The position numbers and the translations under genes were made by a program. The notes beneath the pieces are model-generated. The model searched no databases. It saw only the letters and a program-made list of their open reading frames with translations, and was not told where the DNA came from. A stretch of 10,982 nucleotides of DNA from contig JAVZGN010000026.1 of NCBI GenBank assembly GCA_038872135.1, forward strand, positions 1-10,982. The letters run 5' to 3'. Below are positions 8,196-10,982 of the stretch, in pieces. Numbering within the stretch: the first letter of the stretch is position 1; each line of letters starts with the position of its first letter. This DNA is from Candidatus Hadarchaeales archaeon (lineage in GTDB: Archaea > Hadarchaeota > Hadarchaeia > Hadarchaeales > Hadarchaeaceae).

Positions 8196-9683
8196 AGGTG
8201 GGGATAGTAGGACATGGCTCGAAAGAGTTGATTTCTCCCGAAGGAGGCCGTCGCGAGACGGCGTTACGAGGGAGAAGGATCAGGGTCATGTCGTCCGTCT
8301 AGAATCACGGGCCAGGGAGTTTCGTGCCGTGGCGAGGCTAAGGAGTCTTATCTCCGGAGCCGGAGCGAAAGCAAAAGGTCCGCAGCCCGAAAGGGTGAGG
8401 GACTGGGTGTTAACAGCGCCCGGAGTCACGGCGCGAATACCCGAAACCGGGCGATCTAGTCCGGGGTAGGCTGAAGCCGAGCGTATGCTCGGTGGAGGGC
8501 CGAACCGGTCTTGATGTGCAATTCGGTCGGATGACCCTGGGCTAGTGGCGAAAGATCCATCAAGCCCGGTGACAGCTGGTTCCCTCCGAAGCTGGCCGCA
8601 GTCAGGCCCAGCGCGAGGTAGCCAGCGGTGTAGAGCACCGATTGGGGGAAGCTGGGGGGAAACCCTCACTCTCCCTGTCGAACTCCGAAGCCGCTGGCGC
8701 CGTAGACCGCTGGAGACGGGGTGCGGGGGGTAAGCTTCCGCTCCGAGAGGGAAACAACCCAGACCGGGGTTAAGGCCCCAAAATGCCGGCTAAGTGTAGA
8801 AATCCAAAGGGCGTCTTCTTCCTCAGACAGCGGGAAGGTAGGCTCAGAAGCAGCCATCCTCTAAGCAACGCGTAAAAGCGGACCCGTCGAGGGAGGAGGC
8901 CCCGAAGATTCACGGGACTAAGCCGGCTGCCGAGACCCCGGGGAGGCCGAAGGTTAGTAGGCCTATCCGGTAGGAGGGCGTCCGGCGCGGGGAGAAGCTC
9001 GGCCGTGAGGTCGGGTGGACCGCGTTGGAATGAGGATCCTGGTGGTAGTAGCAGCAGAGCCGGGTGAGAATCCCGGCCACCGAAGGGGCTCGGGTTCCCA
9101 GGCAATGTTGATCAGCCTGGGGTTAGCCGGTCCTAAGGGCGTCCTCAACCAGAGACGCTCGAAAGGGAATCCTGTTAACATTCAGGAGCCGCCCAGGTAC
9201 CTGCGGCAACGCAAGCCTGCTTCCTGACGCTTCGGGATAGGCCGAGTGGGGCCGTCGCTCCATCTAACCTCTCAAGCCCGGGGAGTTCCGTAATGGAGAG
9301 AACCGGGTGAAGGAGGGAATGGCCTGCCGTATGGTGGGTTCGGCCGATTCCTGGAGCCCGTGAAAAGGGAGGCGGGAAATGGGATCCTGGGTGACCGTAC
9401 CTAGAACCGACACAGGTGCCCCTGGGTGAGAAGCCCAAGGTGCATCGGGAGACACCGGGCCAGGGAATTCGGCAAGTTGGCCCCGTAGCTTCGGTAGAAG
9501 GGGTGCCTGCCCAGCAGTGGGCAGGTCGCAGTGACAAGGGGGCTACGACTGTTTAATAAAAACGTAGCATCCCGCGAGTCCGAAAGGATGAGTACGGGAT
9601 GTGAATCCTGCCCAGTGGCGGTACGTGAAAACCCGGTCCAACGGGCAGAAGCGCCGCCAAACGGCGGGGGTAACTATAACCCT

Positions 9684-10530
9684 CGAGTAAGGGGGTTGTA
9701 AAACCCTGCTATATGCGGGGAAAACTAGAGGTGCAGACTACTCACATGAGTAACAATGTCTGCATCGGTGAGGTTGACCCGCAGGAAACCCCTATGACAG
9801 AAAAACCGTAAATATGCCGAGTTCCTCTTCTTAAAAGAGGAAACAACATGTCATTGGCATACCTGGTAGGTCTCATGCTTGGGGACGGTGGAGTTTACGG
9901 GAATACCTATACAGTTTTCTGCAGGGACAGGGATAAAGAATTCGTGGAATCCTGCGCGAGGATGGTCAAAGAGTTGTTTGACATACAACCAAAGGTTCAC
10001 AGGGTTGCTGTGAACTGCTGGGCTACAAGCACAAACCGGCGGGACATTCACCAATACTTTTGTAAAATTGGATATCCAAAAGGACGAAAGTTGACCACCG
10101 CTAAGATTCCAGCGGTATTTCTGGAGAAGAGCAGCGATAGAATCGATGTTTTAAAAGGGCTTTTTGATGCGGAAGGATATTGCGGAGTCGATAGACAAAA
10201 GCATGGGGACAAAATTTACGAGTATCCCTACGTCGGCTTAGACATGATTGCGAGGCCGATCGTCAAAGAAGTTCAAAAGATTCTGAGAGAACTGGGGATA
10301 GAAAGCAATGTTCTAGTGAAGAGACCTCGTGCTAGAGGAAAACATCCGCAATGGTCGGTGTTGATCAAAGGAAAAGATAGAGTCCAGAAGTTTGCGCAGA
10401 CACTTGGATTCAGGCATCCAGTAAAATTTGTCCGACTGAAAGAAATCCTTGAGGGGGATCCTCAGAGACCATACGCAGGGCATCCGAAAGGATGATGATA
10501 TGGTCCACCTTTTCCTAATGGAAAAGGGTG
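9684..10530 (+). mobile_element. group I intron (IB-like, no P2, no P7.1) after 23S U1923, 847 nt
   Basis: P1 9675-9684/9691-9700 with U9683.G9692. P10 9688-9691/10531-10534. P3 CCCTGC 9704-9709/GCAGGG 10475-10480. P4 9714-9719/9778-9783. P5 extension 9730-9766. P6 9784-9786/10459-10461, P6a 9789-9793/10452-10456. P7 GACCA 10467-10471/TGGTC 10501-10505. P8 10481-10494 (GAAA loop). P9 10508-10527. Terminal G10530. Confidence 0.95.
9848..10495 (+). CDS. intron-encoded LAGLIDADG homing endonuclease (two motifs, intein/archaeal DOD-like)
   Basis: Motif 1 AYLVGLMLGDGG; KGRKLTTAKIP; motif 2 VLKGLFDAEGY; LRELGIES; FAQTLGFRHPVK. SD-like GAGGA at 9837-9841. Inserted in the P6 loop. Confidence 0.92.
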   Translation: MSLAYLVGLMLGDGGVYGNTYTVFCRDRDKEFVESCARMVKELFDIQPKVHRVAVNCWATSTNRRDIHQYFCKIGYPKGRKLTTAKIPAVFLEKSSDRIDVLKGLFDAEGYCGVDRQKHGDKIYEYPYVGLDMIARPIVKEVQKILRELGIESNVLVKRPRARGKHPQWSVLIKGKDRVQKFAQTLGFRHPVKFVRLKEILEGDPQRPYAGHPKG

Positions 10531-10545
10531 CTTAAGGTAGCGTAA

Positions 10546-10577
<32 letters not shown>

Positions 10578-10982
10578 GGGATCAACGATAGCCCCACTGT
10601 CCCGGTCCGGAACCCGGTGAACCCGCTTGCCGGCGAACATGCCGGGGATCCCCGAAGGGAAACGAAGACCCCGTGGACCTTTACTGCAGCCTGTCGTTGG
10701 GGCGCGGCTGTGGGTGCAGAGCGTAGGCGGGAGCCTTCGAAGCAGGGTCTTCGGGCCCTGTGGAGGCGTCAATGTAACACCGCCCTCTTGCGGCTACGTT
10801 TCTAACCTCGAAAGGGGGACAGCGGCAGGTGGGCAGTTTCGCTGGGGCGGCAGTCCCTCGAAAAGGTAACAAGGGAGCCCAAAGGTCGGCTCAGGCGGGT
10901 CAGAACTCCGCCGTGGAGGGCAAGGCCATAAGCCGGCCTGACTGTGAGCTCACCACCAAGGCTCGCAGGGGCGAAAGCCGGG

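Overview
Archaeal genomic window. Archaeal 16S/23S signatures, tRNA-Ala(TGC) in the spacer and GC-rich rRNA suggest a euryarchaeal-type, probably thermophilic lineage (lineage is inference). Left half: 3' end of an unknown ORF, type IA DNA topoisomerase (topA), a convergent operon of an ArsR-type wHTH gene and a MinD/ParA-family ATPase, and an ArsB/NhaD-type transporter. Right half: an rRNA operon (16S, tRNA-Ala, truncated 23S). Both rRNA genes are interrupted by group I ribozyme introns rather than the bulge-helix-bulge introns typical of archaea. One is a 918-nt IA-like intron after 16S U793 (5783-6700); the other is an 847-nt IB-like intron after 23S U1923 (9684-10530). Each encodes a different two-motif LAGLIDADG homing endonuclease whose C-terminal codons run through the catalytic RNA core. 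The 16S also has a compensatory base-pair swap in the central pseudoknot, and its 806R/785F primer site is split by the intron.
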